A DNA stretch of 64,000 nucleotides from Desulfatiglandales bacterium (GCA_963662465.1 OY759599.1:6720001-6784000); one strand, 5' to 3'. Counted from the first letter of the stretch, positions 31,511 to 41,757 are shown. Made by a program: numbers and translations. The notes: generated by a model from the sequence alone, not told the origin.

Positions 31511-32329
31511 CGTACGGAGGTGTGTATTATGCCGCTATTACCCTCAGAACCACGCATGAGACTTTCACCTCACGTGGCTCAAGCCCCCGAAAAGGTTTCC
31601 CTGGTGGGGATTCCCGCAGATTTGCATCCACTTCACGTTACAGGCCGGCTGTCAGAATAGCCAAAGGCGCACGGGGCGCACCAGCCTCAAGGGCCGTCAT
31701 TCGCCCGTTTCACTGGCTGCTTTCCCCGCTTTCATCTGATTCCTCCGGTGTTCACGTGATCGGGCACCGCGCTGAACGTCTGCCTCCTTACGGAGCCGGG
31801 AATGTTTCACCCGGTATCCGGGCCATTACAGCCCGGCATTCGCTTCTTTCAGCCTCCTATTCCGGCCCGCCAACAGCATGCCTTGCGGTTAGCCTGCCCC
31901 CAAAAGGGGCGACGGGACCGGGTTTCCACGTTCCGCATAGTTGATCCAATGGATGACTTAGGTGCGCCCTCTACGCCGGTGGTACAACAGTTCCGTGCAG
32001 GCAGTTAGCAGACCTGCAACCTGACCACATCCGCTGACACTGGGCAGCGGCATAAGACCTATTAATCCTCGTAGGCCCTTCGCTTGTAATCGACGCTTAA
32101 AGACATTCAGATACCTTCACCATATCATCCGACCCTAGCCCTTAACCGGGGAGGATTCCCGGAGGGGTTCTCCTGTCACCATTTGAACCCAATTCGGTAC
32201 GTTGTCCGCAGGGCTTCACACCCCGTCATCAGCGCAACGGCAGCATGCCTGCGTAGGGTCCGGTAGGAACATACCGGGTACTATAACTACTTGAATACAC
32301 TCAAACTATGCGACATCGTGTCGCAAGCC

Positions 32330-32407
32330 AACGACAAGCTCACCAGCGCCTCCTCCGGCCCCCGCTGGGACCGCTCAAGTATCAGGCGTCTGGTGGAGCG
32401 TTTGGTT
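32330..32407 (-). repeat. attC site (host family)
   Basis: Repeat family match; R'' GGCCAAC matches R' GTTGGCC at 33506-33512. Confidence 0.88.
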
Positions 32408-32645
32408 GGCCGCACTCAGACCGCGCTAATAGCTCAGCACCGCATAGAAACTGGAGTGGCACTTTGCCTCATAGATAACGCCTTATTGCATTTGAAGATT
32501 CACCAGCAATTTCGCGTTATTGAATAATTTCATAGGCTCAACTAAACGTCGCATAGCTCACCCTAAAAAGAACTTTTTCCTTATTCGTTCTTCCCATTAC
32601 TTCCGCTTTGGCGCCACCCCACCCCAGAATCGCAGAAAGGACTTC

Positions 32646-33071
32646 TCATCCTCCGTGGTTTTCCCCATAACGAGCCACAAACGATTCAGGAGGATAAATA
32701 TCCAGATCAGATTGTTTAAAGTCGGCTCCATTCCTGGTGACAATGATTGAAATGTTCGCCTGCTTTGCCGCCCCTTCCTGAACAGCATCCTCAAAATCAG
32801 GCAAACCAGAATGAAGTGCATGAAGGATGACAGCTTTATCAACCGACACCACCTCGACGCATTGGAGCAAATCTTCGATCAAGGTCAATGTTTGGGCATG
32901 CCCTTTTCCTTTTCGAGCAATGTAATACAGATCCGTAATCGTTGTCGCAGACATAAACAGGTCAATGTCCGAATTTTTTGCAACTTCAAAAACCTGTTCT
33001 GCAGGCCCAACAAACGGCTCCCGCTCCAGCATCACGTCCAGTAAGACATTGGTATCGATCAAAACGTTCAT
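32646..33071 (-). CDS. PIN-domain toxin
   Basis: VLIDTNVLLD, DLYY, DFEDAVQ, IVTRN. Confidence 0.88.
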   Translation of the reverse strand: MNVLIDTNVLLDVMLEREPFVGPAEQVFEVAKNSDIDLFMSATTITDLYYIARKGKGHAQTLTLIEDLLQCVEVVSVDKAVILHALHSGLPDFEDAVQEGAAKQANISIIVTRNGADFKQSDLDIYPPESFVARYGENHGG

Positions 33072-33385
33072 TGGTATTTTTCCCGCAAATATTCGTATTT
33101 TTCGGCATCAGCATCTATACCTTTCAGAGAACCTTTCCACTTCACGAGAAAGGTATCAATCGCTTTTGCTTTCGAAATATTCTGTTGCTTTGAAAGGTTG
33201 TTCTCTTGCCGTTGAAAAACTTGTTCTCTAGGGTAGGAATCTTCCAATTCCAGATCGCGCACAAGAACCTGAATCAAGTGATATTTCTCTTGACGAGAAA
33301 GTGTATGGATTTGTGTCTTTAATTTTGCCGTGAGCATTTCAGCACCTCTCTTTATGTCTGTTCCTCGGTAAGTTGCCAAGGACAT
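33068..33385 (-). CDS. Putative antitoxin of the PIN toxin
   Basis: Overlaps the toxin start by 4 nt; C-terminal WKGSLKG...YEYLREKY; start may be 33337. Confidence 0.6.
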   Translation of the reverse strand: MSLATYRGTDIKRGAEMLTAKLKTQIHTLSRQEKYHLIQVLVRDLELEDSYPREQVFQRQENNLSKQQNISKAKAIDTFLVKWKGSLKGIDADAEKYEYLREKYQ

Positions 33386-33509
33386 ATCCCGTCAGATATT
33401 ATCATTATCCCGAGAAATGAGGATACATACAGGTGCGTTTTTCGTCAACTCTTTTGGTGATGGCATACCCTTCATTCCAATTCGCCGGGGCGCATGATGG
33501 GCTTTGGCC

Positions 33510-33620
33510 AACACCATTATAAGCGGGCGTTACACCAAACTTGAGTTTACGGTGAATTTGCCAAAATCGACAAATCTGAAATCGGCAACGGCTTATAGCG
33601 CTCCGCTTGATAAATTTGTT
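33510..33620 (-). repeat. attC site (divergent)
   Basis: AAC-ACCATT-ATAAGCGG...CCGCTTGAT-AAATTT-GTT; R'' overlaps the stop of the 33619-34125 gene. Confidence 0.75.
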
Positions 33621-34125
33621 ATGTATCTGAATTTAAATCTAATCTCATCTCTTTTGTAATTTGTAAAAATAAAGTTCGAAAACTCTCATATGCTTTTTCA
33701 GATGGTTCTTTATACTTTGCAGTAGGATCCGGGCTCTGTACCGTAGTGAATACTTGATCTCTGATTTTTTCTCGTTTTGGTGATGCTTTATGATGAAGAC
33801 TTGCCCATTCATCAAGAGCGATGCAAGTTTCTCCATACCATTCTGAGATATTTTGAGATGCAAGTATATGAACTTGTGCATTCATTTTGCTAAATTCATT
33901 GCCTAGATTTGCCCCGTCGATTTTGGTAGTCTCACGAACTGCTAACTCCAGCAATTCATATATCGTAGTGTACAGGACTTTCTTTTCATCTCTTCTTTCT
34001 TTATCAATCGAGAACCTTTGACCAGCCATGTCTGTTGCTTTTTTTAGCCTCCATGCAACGATTGCTGAAATTAAAGCAAACAATCCTGCAACTATAGCTG
34101 ATATAATACTAATGTAATCTTTCAT
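33619..34125 (-). CDS. Hypothetical protein with N-terminal transmembrane helix (compact cassette)
   Basis: Fills the space between two attC sites; R' GTTATGT matches R'' ACATAAC. Confidence 0.75.
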   Translation of the reverse strand: MKDYISIISAIVAGLFALISAIVAWRLKKATDMAGQRFSIDKERRDEKKVLYTTIYELLELAVRETTKIDGANLGNEFSKMNAQVHILASQNISEWYGETCIALDEWASLHHKASPKREKIRDQVFTTVQSPDPTAKYKEPSEKAYESFRTLFLQITKEMRLDLNSDT

Positions 34126-34136
34126 ATTTTATACAT

Positions 34137-34188
34137 AACGCCGCTAATCAGCCGCGCGGCTTTTTGCGTCGGTTGCATTAGCCTTGTT
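34137..34188 (-). repeat. attC site (short, classical type)
   Basis: AAC-GCCGCTAATCAGCCG...CGGTTGCATTAGCCTT-GTT. Confidence 0.85.
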
Positions 34189-34501
34189 AGCTATATAAAT
34201 TAGTAATCGTAACCAAGAGAACGAGGATTCATAATTTTTTAATGATTATTCTTTGCTTATTAGGGCTTCCTATTGATCACGGTTGCACACTGACCCCCTC
34301 CCTGAAACCATAAAGGTATTCATTGCTGAAAAACCTGGGAACTGTTCGCAAACAAAATTAATTTCTCAAAATTATGACGTAAATGAACACATGCCTTGCA
34401 ACATAGCTGCTTCTTAATCCCATAAGCCAGGTTTTGTGAATTCCCCGAAATATCACATGCATTGAATTTCGCCGACCGCCATTTTCAATGCCAGTTTTTT
34501 A

Positions 34502-35095
34502 TCATGCAATATTGTTTGATTTTTTCCTATTACATTCTTCACATAAAAGTTCAATATTTCTTGCGGTATTGCTACCACCTTCTGAAAATGGAATGATATG
34601 GTCATACTCAAGGTTTCTTCTACTTCCACAATTTACACATCTTCCCTTGTCCCTTCTCCACACTTCTCTTCTGACGCAGGATGGTATGTGTCTTGAACTT
34701 TTCTTTCTAGTATTTTCCAGATCAGTTCTTAGATATTCAATACTTTTGTTCTTTTCCCTTTCTTCGATGAATCTTTCAATATTAAGATCCATCTGCCTTT
34801 CAAGCTGTTCTTTTGTTGCGCATTTCAATGTTTTTACTGAGACGGTTTTTGAATTATAATCCCTTGAAGCCTTCCTTAGCTTACGCTCAATAACAAGACC
34901 GCTTTGCAACCTCTCTCTTATAATACCGTTCGCATTAAATTGTTCTACCTGCTCCCCGCACTCCTTACGTCGCCTTTCCTCCTCTTTTTTCCTATCTATA
35001 TTCGTTCCTTCTTCAGACTTCTTTCTAGATAGCCTTCCCTTTTCTTTCTCAAATACTTGCTTTTTTAGTTTTTTTAAGTAATTCTCAACATTCAT
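34502..35095 (-). CDS. HNH endonuclease
   Basis: RREVWRRDKGRCVNCG...EYDHIIPFSEGGSN..NIELLCEECN. Confidence 0.88.
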   Translation of the reverse strand: MNVENYLKKLKKQVFEKEKGRLSRKKSEEGTNIDRKKEEERRRKECGEQVEQFNANGIIRERLQSGLVIERKLRKASRDYNSKTVSVKTLKCATKEQLERQMDLNIERFIEEREKNKSIEYLRTDLENTRKKSSRHIPSCVRREVWRRDKGRCVNCGSRRNLEYDHIIPFSEGGSNTARNIELLCEECNRKKSNNIA

Positions 35096-35109
35096 AATAA
35101 GGACTCATA

Positions 35110-35237
35110 AAGGGTGTTAAAACAATCAAAAATATTGGCAATAAAAACAGCATGTTGGGTTGAATTTGGACCAAAATCAATATGCAATGTAACCTGTTGA
35201 ATTTATAGCGGAAAACGCATATTGTTTTAACACCCTT
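35110..35237. mobile_element. 128-bp MITE, 17-bp IRs, 5-bp TSD TCATA
   Basis: AAGGGTGTTAAAACAAT...ATTGTTTTAACACCCTT flanked by TCATA on both sides. Confidence 0.75.
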
Positions 35238-35650
35238 TCATAGCGACGGATTGGAGTGTCCCGAACACATTGCACTATTTGCTCAGAATTACATCTGATA
35301 CACATATAGAAAGCAGCGCAGGGCCTGGCATCATATTTGAGAGATTATTTCATTTGGGGCTTCGTCCCCATTTGCAGCTTGCCACAGAATGTTACCCGAG
35401 CAAATTGACCTTGCATAGTTCAACTTTAAAATGATCTTCTTGCCTTATTTTGTGGTTCCTGTTACTTCCGTTTACAGGCAAATATACACTAAAACTCTTC
35501 ATTTCGATCAGCCGGTACTCGTAGTGGCACGGTGAATTTGTTCTAACGCTAATCCATTGATTTGTTTGAATTGATGTGTCCTTCATAAGGTTTTGATATC
35601 AAAGGTTTACAAATAGAACAAATTTGCCCTGCTCGTAGTGGGCTTCGTCC

Positions 35651-35728
35651 AACGATAAGCTCACCAGCCCCTCTGACTCACTCCGCCAGGACCGCCAAAG
35701 TATCAGGGGTCTGGTGGAGCGCTGGGTT
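35651..35728 (-). repeat. attC site (host family variant)
   Basis: AACGATAAGCTCACCAGCCCCT...AGGGGTCTGGTGGAGCGCTGGGTT. Confidence 0.85.
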
Positions 35729-35895
35729 AGCGACCTGTGTCTCATTTGAAGCTGATTTCCCTCTCCTTGTTTTCAACCATTTTGCCTATACTGGACGACG
35801 TCGTATTCTTGTGTTGGCCAATGGTTTTTCAACTCCTTGTTTTGTAGGGAGGGGATGGTTAGTGATGCTACTTCCTTCCTACCCGGATTCCGCAT

Positions 35896-38800
35896 CTACT
35901 TGCTCATCTTTACCACCGAACCCTCCCGAGCTTCAACTTTGCTCTTGACCACGATATTGCGCGACTTGAATGTGACTCGCGCACCCTTTTCAATGACCAC
36001 GGCGGGGCCGATGGTAAGAGACTGGTCGCCGGTACAGGTGCAGTCCGTACCCGCCGTAAAAGTTACATCGTGAACAATCGGGTTCACACCGGAGCAATCC
36101 GAGCATCCTGTGGTGGTGAGTGTCTTGAAGGATCGGTTTTCTCCGTAGGCTGTGCCAGCACTGTTTGCAGCCCATGCCCTGGCATAATAGGTGGTGTCCT
36201 GGATGAGGCCGGTAATGTGGCAGGTGAAACTACCTACTCCCGCGCCAGATACTGTCGAATGATCAGCAATGGTAGGTTCAGCGGTAGTATTCCAGCAGAT
36301 TCCCCGGGCCGTGATCTCGGGACCGCCGTCAGAGGTTACACTGCCACCCCCAGTAGCGGAGGTGGAACTGATGTCAGTGGGGACGACAGTGGAGACCGTC
36401 AGCTGTAAGGAAGGAATGGAATCTGGGTCCAAAGGATCGGAACCAGCCTGAATTTCAGCGTAGTCGTTGTAGGTATCGCCGTCCGAGTCCTGGACCAGGG
36501 GATTCGTGTTGTAGGATGCTTCATCGCCGTCGTTCAGACCGTCCCCGTCCGAATCGGGGTTGTCCGGGTTTGTGCCGCCTGTAGACTCCTCCTCGTCCGT
36601 CAGACTGTCATGGTCCCGGTCGTTGTTCTGCACCAGGTTTGAAAAGAAGCTCTCCGTGTCGTCGGTTTTTATGGCTGTTACCGCATATGTCATGGCTGTG
36701 GTGGAAGCGTCCGAGTTCCAGATATCGGCAGTATCATAGGATGTAGTTTCGGAAGCCACGGTGGCCACCCTTGAAAAATAAGGTTCCAGATCGCCCACGG
36801 AATAGATATTGTAACCCGTGACGTCCGCTTCCCCGGTGGACGACCAGTTGACCCGGGTCTTTTGGGTAGCGCCGGAGGTATAGAGATCGGCTCGCAGGTT
36901 GGTTGGCGCCATGGCAGGCAGGGTAACAGTGATCCTGGGTGTTGCCGAGGGATTGACCAATATGGTAAAGGTCTGGGTGGAAGACGGGCGGAAACCCTGA
37001 AAATTGTAAGACTCCGTGACGTCATCATCCATGTAGCCGATATCGAGATGAAAATCCCTTTGGGCTCCACCAAAGTATGTGATTTGGTACTTACCACTCT
37101 CGGGGTTTTCAACAGCCGTTCCGCCGCCGCCGGCATCAAAGGTGCATTTGGAAGCAGGAATCTGTTTCACGGGGAGGCCCGTATCGGGATCCATACCTGT
37201 TTTTCTAGTCTGGGGATCCGTAACGAGGACCCGCATATCCCCCCGGATCGAAACATAGAGTTGGGCAGCAGTCATTGCCTCGGCACTAGCCCTCGTCGGA
37301 GTCAATTGGAAGTCAGGATCCAAAAACGCTTTGATCTCATCAACAAAATCGCCGACCAGCTCAATGTGTTTCACCTTTGACATTTCCGTGTCCAGCATCG
37401 CCCACTCTTCCCCTGCCTCACTTGGAAATGTTGCGCTGTCATAGGGGACGGTGCCGTCCCCTTTCCCCCATTCCACATTGGAATCCTTCGGCTTTTCATT
37501 TTTTGGGATGCCATCCTCATACAATTCATTAGTGGCTCCCGAGACCCCCTTTTCGCGTGCAGTTAGCACCCATCTGATGGTTTCATCCTCCTTGTCGCCC
37601 ACAAATAATCTGGCCTCAACCTTTGTGCCGTCGGACCCGTCCTTGCTCATTACCGATGCGGGTGCATTGTACTTATCCGACCCCTGATTCAACTCCTTAA
37701 GCCAGGCGTTGATATTGCCAGTTGTTTCGACACCCCATGGAGAGCCTTCCTTTTTGAGAAAATTTTCGGTGTACATTAACTCCCGAAGGGATTGGGCCTT
37801 ATCGCGAATAAACGAACGAATTTTATCATGGTTACCCTTTTTTTTCCAACCCTTCTTATCGTATGTGACCTGCCACAGTCTCTCTATTGTCTCCATATAG
37901 GCGTTCAACAATGACTTCACCCCTTCATTTGTAATTTTATCAACGGTATTGGGATCGCCCCCTTCCCACATGTAATAGGGGTTGCATGATCCCAGATGGG
38001 GGGTGCCCACAAAGGCTACCTTATCAATATCACCTTTGTACCCGTCGATGGGGTCTTTGCTCTGAATGTAGGCACGCACCAGAAGCCCGCCCATGCTGTG
38101 GGCAACGATATGCACTTTGCCTGTTTTGGACTTTTTGAGGGCTTCCTTAATTCCGGCTCTAAGATATTTTTTGAAAGCTTTGTCGCATACCATCCGCCAA
38201 TCCCAGGGACATTCAACCACTGTAAAACCCAGAGCCTTCAAATCCTCTTCAAGGATTTGAAATCCCGTTGTTTTCTTTAGATGGATTTGGAGGTCTGATG
38301 GCTCGGGCACGTCCGCAGGCAATGTTGGAACATAAAACCGCAGATTCCAATCCGAAGATGATCCCATCATTCCCGGAACGAGAACAACCGGGGTGTCCTT
38401 TGTGCCGCAGTTGAGTGGGAGCAGGATATCATAAGCTGTAGATGGAAAAACATTGCCGACCACTTTCCAAACATTGACTTTTTCCTCCCCATCTTTCTCT
38501 ACCCTGATTTCGTATTTTCCACATTGCAGAGACCAGAACTCGAAGAAGCCCTGCGCATCGGATGCTATGTTTTGTTCTGGAACCGGGTTCCCCTCCACAT
38601 CATAGAGGCTGACCGTCGCTTGAGAAACCGCGTTTCCCTTGCAGTCAACAACTTTTCCCATTATGCCTGAAGTACAAGGGGTTGGGCCTGTCACATTGAA
38701 AGCGTTGCTGTTGCCGTCGGCACCGTACCCGTTGCAGGTGAGACGGTTCTTTCCAGAATTTTTAACCCGGACTGGAACTGTGGCCTGACCATTCACCAGA

Positions 38801-40209
38801 ACGACCTCTATTGGATCAACCGCGCCCAGTATGCTCCAAAGGCTGACAGCGCCGTTAAGCAGCAGTCGGTGGTTATTGGCATCAAATGCCGTGATGGTGA
38901 CATTGAACCGTGTGCCGACGGTCTGAGATGAAATATACGAAAATTCAAAATGAGCCAACCCATCGCCTTCACACACACAGCGGGCGTAATAGCTGGAAGC
39001 AACCTTATCGGCATAACCCACCGATCCGCTCTCGAAGTCCACATACCATGCCTGCCCCGAACTGTTTGAATAAGAGGTACTCGACCAGGTGTTCACCGAA
39101 CCGTAACCAAAGACCCCATCCACGGCGGCGTCATAGCGGTTTTCGTCCACAAGGCTTTCCAGTTCACGGATGCTGGGCAGACGCCAGTTGTTGACGCCCC
39201 CTTTTTCCAGTTTCGCGCAATAATCAAGCGCCGCCTGCCAGGGGAGGGGATCGCTGCCATCCACGCCTCTTACCTGCTCCCACACGAGACCGGTCACCGT
39301 GTCCGTCACCGTGCCGTCGCTGTTGTCCTGGAATTGTTTGGGGGGGGATATCCCTGTCGGACCACCCCGAACACAACGGGCATAATGGCCGGAACCTTCT
39401 TTATCGGCATATGCCACAGATCCGCTCTCGAACCCCACGTACCACGCTTGAGTTCGACTGGTTGAACAAGTGGTGTTCGACCAGGTGTCCAACGAACCGT
39501 AACCGAAAACACCATCGACGGCAGGGTCATAGCGGTCTTCGTCCACAAGGCTTTCCAGTTCGCGGATGCCGGGCAGACGCCAGTCGGTCACGCCGCTATG
39601 GTCCAGATTTGCGCAATAATCAAGCCCTTCTTCCCAGCTCACCTCGCCGCTGCCATTCTCACCCCTCACCTGCTCCCACATGAGACCCGTCTCAGTGTCC
39701 GTGACCGTACCGTCACCGTTGTCCTGGAACTGTTTCGGGGGGAGTGTCCCTGTGGGGCCACCCCGAACACAACGGGCATAATGGCCGGAACCTTCTTTAT
39801 TTGCATAACCCACAGACCCGCCTTCGAATCCCACGTACCATGCCTGAGTCCGGCTGTTCGAATACGTGGTACTCGACCAGATGTTCAGCGAACCGTAACC
39901 AAACGCTCCATCAACAGCGGGGTCATAACGGTCCTCGTCAACAAGGCTTTCCAGTTCACGGATGCTGGGCAGACGCCAGTCGGCCATGCCCCCACGTTCC
40001 AGGTCCTCGCAATAAGCAAGGCCATCCTCCCAGGTTACCTCGCCGCTGCCGTTCTCCCCTTCCACCTGTTCCCACACAAGACCTGTATCACTGTCCGTGA
40101 CCGTACCGTCGCCGTTGTTCTGGAACCAAGCCGCCGCAGGACCCCCGCCTAAAAACAAAATGATCGCGAAAAATATGCAAACACCGACCAGAATTCTTGT
40201 TTTTTTCAT
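35896..40209 (-). CDS. Large secreted protein: 3x Lcl/DUF1566, carboxypeptidase-regulatory-like, lipase/acyltransferase, FN3-like and Ca-binding repeats
   Basis: Signal peptide; DNGDGTVTD..TGL.W and WRLP..EL x3; LVPGMMGS, AHSMGG, GTPHLGS, GDGTVP; DSDGDGL.D. Confidence 0.85.
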   Translation of the reverse strand: MKKTRILVGVCIFFAIILFLGGGPAAAWFQNNGDGTVTDSDTGLVWEQVEGENGSGEVTWEDGLAYCEDLERGGMADWRLPSIRELESLVDEDRYDPAVDGAFGYGSLNIWSSTTYSNSRTQAWYVGFEGGSVGYANKEGSGHYARCVRGGPTGTLPPKQFQDNGDGTVTDTETGLMWEQVRGENGSGEVSWEEGLDYCANLDHSGVTDWRLPGIRELESLVDEDRYDPAVDGVFGYGSLDTWSNTTCSTSRTQAWYVGFESGSVAYADKEGSGHYARCVRGGPTGISPPKQFQDNSDGTVTDTVTGLVWEQVRGVDGSDPLPWQAALDYCAKLEKGGVNNWRLPSIRELESLVDENRYDAAVDGVFGYGSVNTWSSTSYSNSSGQAWYVDFESGSVGYADKVASSYYARCVCEGDGLAHFEFSYISSQTVGTRFNVTITAFDANNHRLLLNGAVSLWSILGAVDPIEVVLVNGQATVPVRVKNSGKNRLTCNGYGADGNSNAFNVTGPTPCTSGIMGKVVDCKGNAVSQATVSLYDVEGNPVPEQNIASDAQGFFEFWSLQCGKYEIRVEKDGEEKVNVWKVVGNVFPSTAYDILLPLNCGTKDTPVVLVPGMMGSSSDWNLRFYVPTLPADVPEPSDLQIHLKKTTGFQILEEDLKALGFTVVECPWDWRMVCDKAFKKYLRAGIKEALKKSKTGKVHIVAHSMGGLLVRAYIQSKDPIDGYKGDIDKVAFVGTPHLGSCNPYYMWEGGDPNTVDKITNEGVKSLLNAYMETIERLWQVTYDKKGWKKKGNHDKIRSFIRDKAQSLRELMYTENFLKKEGSPWGVETTGNINAWLKELNQGSDKYNAPASVMSKDGSDGTKVEARLFVGDKEDETIRWVLTAREKGVSGATNELYEDGIPKNEKPKDSNVEWGKGDGTVPYDSATFPSEAGEEWAMLDTEMSKVKHIELVGDFVDEIKAFLDPDFQLTPTRASAEAMTAAQLYVSIRGDMRVLVTDPQTRKTGMDPDTGLPVKQIPASKCTFDAGGGGTAVENPESGKYQITYFGGAQRDFHLDIGYMDDDVTESYNFQGFRPSSTQTFTILVNPSATPRITVTLPAMAPTNLRADLYTSGATQKTRVNWSSTGEADVTGYNIYSVGDLEPYFSRVATVASETTSYDTADIWNSDASTTAMTYAVTAIKTDDTESFFSNLVQNNDRDHDSLTDEEESTGGTNPDNPDSDGDGLNDGDEASYNTNPLVQDSDGDTYNDYAEIQAGSDPLDPDSIPSLQLTVSTVVPTDISSTSATGGGSVTSDGGPEITARGICWNTTAEPTIADHSTVSGAGVGSFTCHITGLIQDTTYYARAWAANSAGTAYGENRSFKTLTTTGCSDCSGVNPIVHDVTFTAGTDCTCTGDQSLTIGPAVVIEKGARVTFKSRNIVVKSKVEAREGSVVKMSK
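38975..40125 (-). repeat. Three tandem intragenic Lcl-domain repeats, 396-bp period
   Basis: Equivalent motif at 39301, 39697 and 40093. Confidence 0.85.
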
Positions 40210-40354
40210 GATGCCCTCTTTTTCATCCGGGTAAACCCACCCGGTTACGCGCGGTCGTTGCAAATTTGTTCATCCAGTCCCTATCCGGTTACTTTCGACT
40301 TTCCGCCATCCCAAATAACCCAAATAACCAGGCGTAAAAAATCTGGCCCCAACC

Positions 40355-40942
40355 TCAATATCCGGCACGTACACAACGGACGCGGCAGCGTTCGTTAGCG
40401 TAGAGGTAGCTGTTCTTATTGGCAGGTCTCACTGTGCCGGTGCTGAAATTGACGCACCACGCGTGACCCGTTTCGTATATGGCGTTACTACTCGACCAGT
40501 AATCGTCTAAGTGACAGCCCGGGAAATACGTCTCATCAATGGCAGCAGCATTCGAATGATACCCATAATCCACAATAGAGAAGAGTTCACCTCGGGTAGG
40601 TATGCGCCAATCCGACTGGTTTGCCAGACTGAGTTCGTCGCAGTGGACATTGGCATCATTCCAATAGAGGTCAGAACTATTTCCTTGCTCCCACATCAGC
40701 CCGGTGTTCAAATCCGTCACAGTGCCGTCGCCGTTGTCCTGGAATGCGGGCTGAGGCCCGGCATGCTGAGCGTCCTGCCCGTAAAACGCCTCCCCGGGAT
40801 CAGGACACCGTGTTTCCGTTGAATTGTCATAGCACCTGTTCTGCCCCGTATCCGGAAGCTTGTAGTCCCCTGCAACCGCGTTACCCGGCAGTCCCCACAA
40901 CAACACCAGCCAATATCCCATCGCCACCATAACCCTTTTCAT
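40355..40942 (-). CDS. Secreted Lcl/DUF1566 domain protein
   Basis: LPDTGQ..CY, FQDNGDGTVTDLNTGLMW, DWRIPT, YWSSS, VRCVR. Confidence 0.85.
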   Translation of the reverse strand: MKRVMVAMGYWLVLLWGLPGNAVAGDYKLPDTGQNRCYDNSTETRCPDPGEAFYGQDAQHAGPQPAFQDNGDGTVTDLNTGLMWEQGNSSDLYWNDANVHCDELSLANQSDWRIPTRGELFSIVDYGYHSNAAAIDETYFPGCHLDDYWSSSNAIYETGHAWCVNFSTGTVRPANKNSYLYANERCRVRCVRAGY

Positions 40943-41426
40943 CGCACACCTCCTGTTTCCCGTCCTGTACCACTTCTGTGTGAGTGGCGTCTCTCCACGA
41001 TGTTCCTTATTCCCGTTACAAGGGCTCCGAACCCCGATGGTCGAGGCTGAAACCCTCTCTCACAAGAAAGACAAAAGACGGTTTCATTGTTCTTATTCTC
41101 AACATATTCTGTGTGTTACTCCAAAGGCATGCAACGTGGAATCAGCTTTTGGGGCTCGGAAAAAAATAATTATACATCTGGCTTTTCCTTGGCTGATCTA
41201 TTGCGTTGCATCCACCTGGGCCGGTACATATCTACCAATATGCACTGGCGTATTCGCCCTGCATACGAAACAAGATATGATAGAATCTTAAAGATTTATT
41301 TCTTACTGAAACCATAAGTTCTTGATAGTTCTTGAGTGATGTTTTCTTGAACTTTGAGGATTCCATTTGTCGCATTCCTCCAACTGGAAATAACCACTGA
41401 GGTGACCAGCAAAGTTTTTGCAAGCT

Positions 41427-41504
41427 AACGACAAGCTCACCAGCGCCTCCTCCGGCCCCCGCTGGGACCGCCGAAGTATCAGGCGTCTGGTGGAGCGTTT
41501 GGTT
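41427..41504 (-). repeat. attC site (host family)
   Basis: Identical to 14667-14744. Confidence 0.88.
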
Positions 41505-41757
41505 CGCAGCAATAATTCTATCTGCTGCTAAATTCCTTACGAAGCGACCGCACAACCTTGTAGTTGGCTGACGCATGGCTATATTGACTCGCTTTGTGTC
41601 AGTGGCCTTAAATTTGAACAATTCCTATTTTGAAATTAAAAACGGCGTTATAGGGTCGAAAATGAGCCCTTTTCAAACACAAAAGTTTTTAGTTCTAGCC
41701 AGTTAGCGTAGGTGAACCAGATTCAGCCGATTCAAATTGGGAATCTGAAACGAATCT

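Larger units (their letters stand above)
28387..31553 (+). mobile_element. Large serine-recombinase element flanked by a 13-bp direct repeat CCCTCAGAACCAC
   Basis: DR at 28374-28386 and 31541-31553; imperfect subterminal IR TATAATGCCCATC / GGTGTGTATTATG. Confidence 0.85.
28339..32326 (-). mobile_element. ORF-less CL-type group II intron (about 820 nt), split in domain V by a recombinase element
   Basis: 5' TTGCGACACGATGTCG at 32326; reconstructed DV GAGCCACGTGAGGTGAAAGTCTCATGCGTGGTTCTGAGGG; DVI end CTACCCGGC at 28339. Confidence 0.85.
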
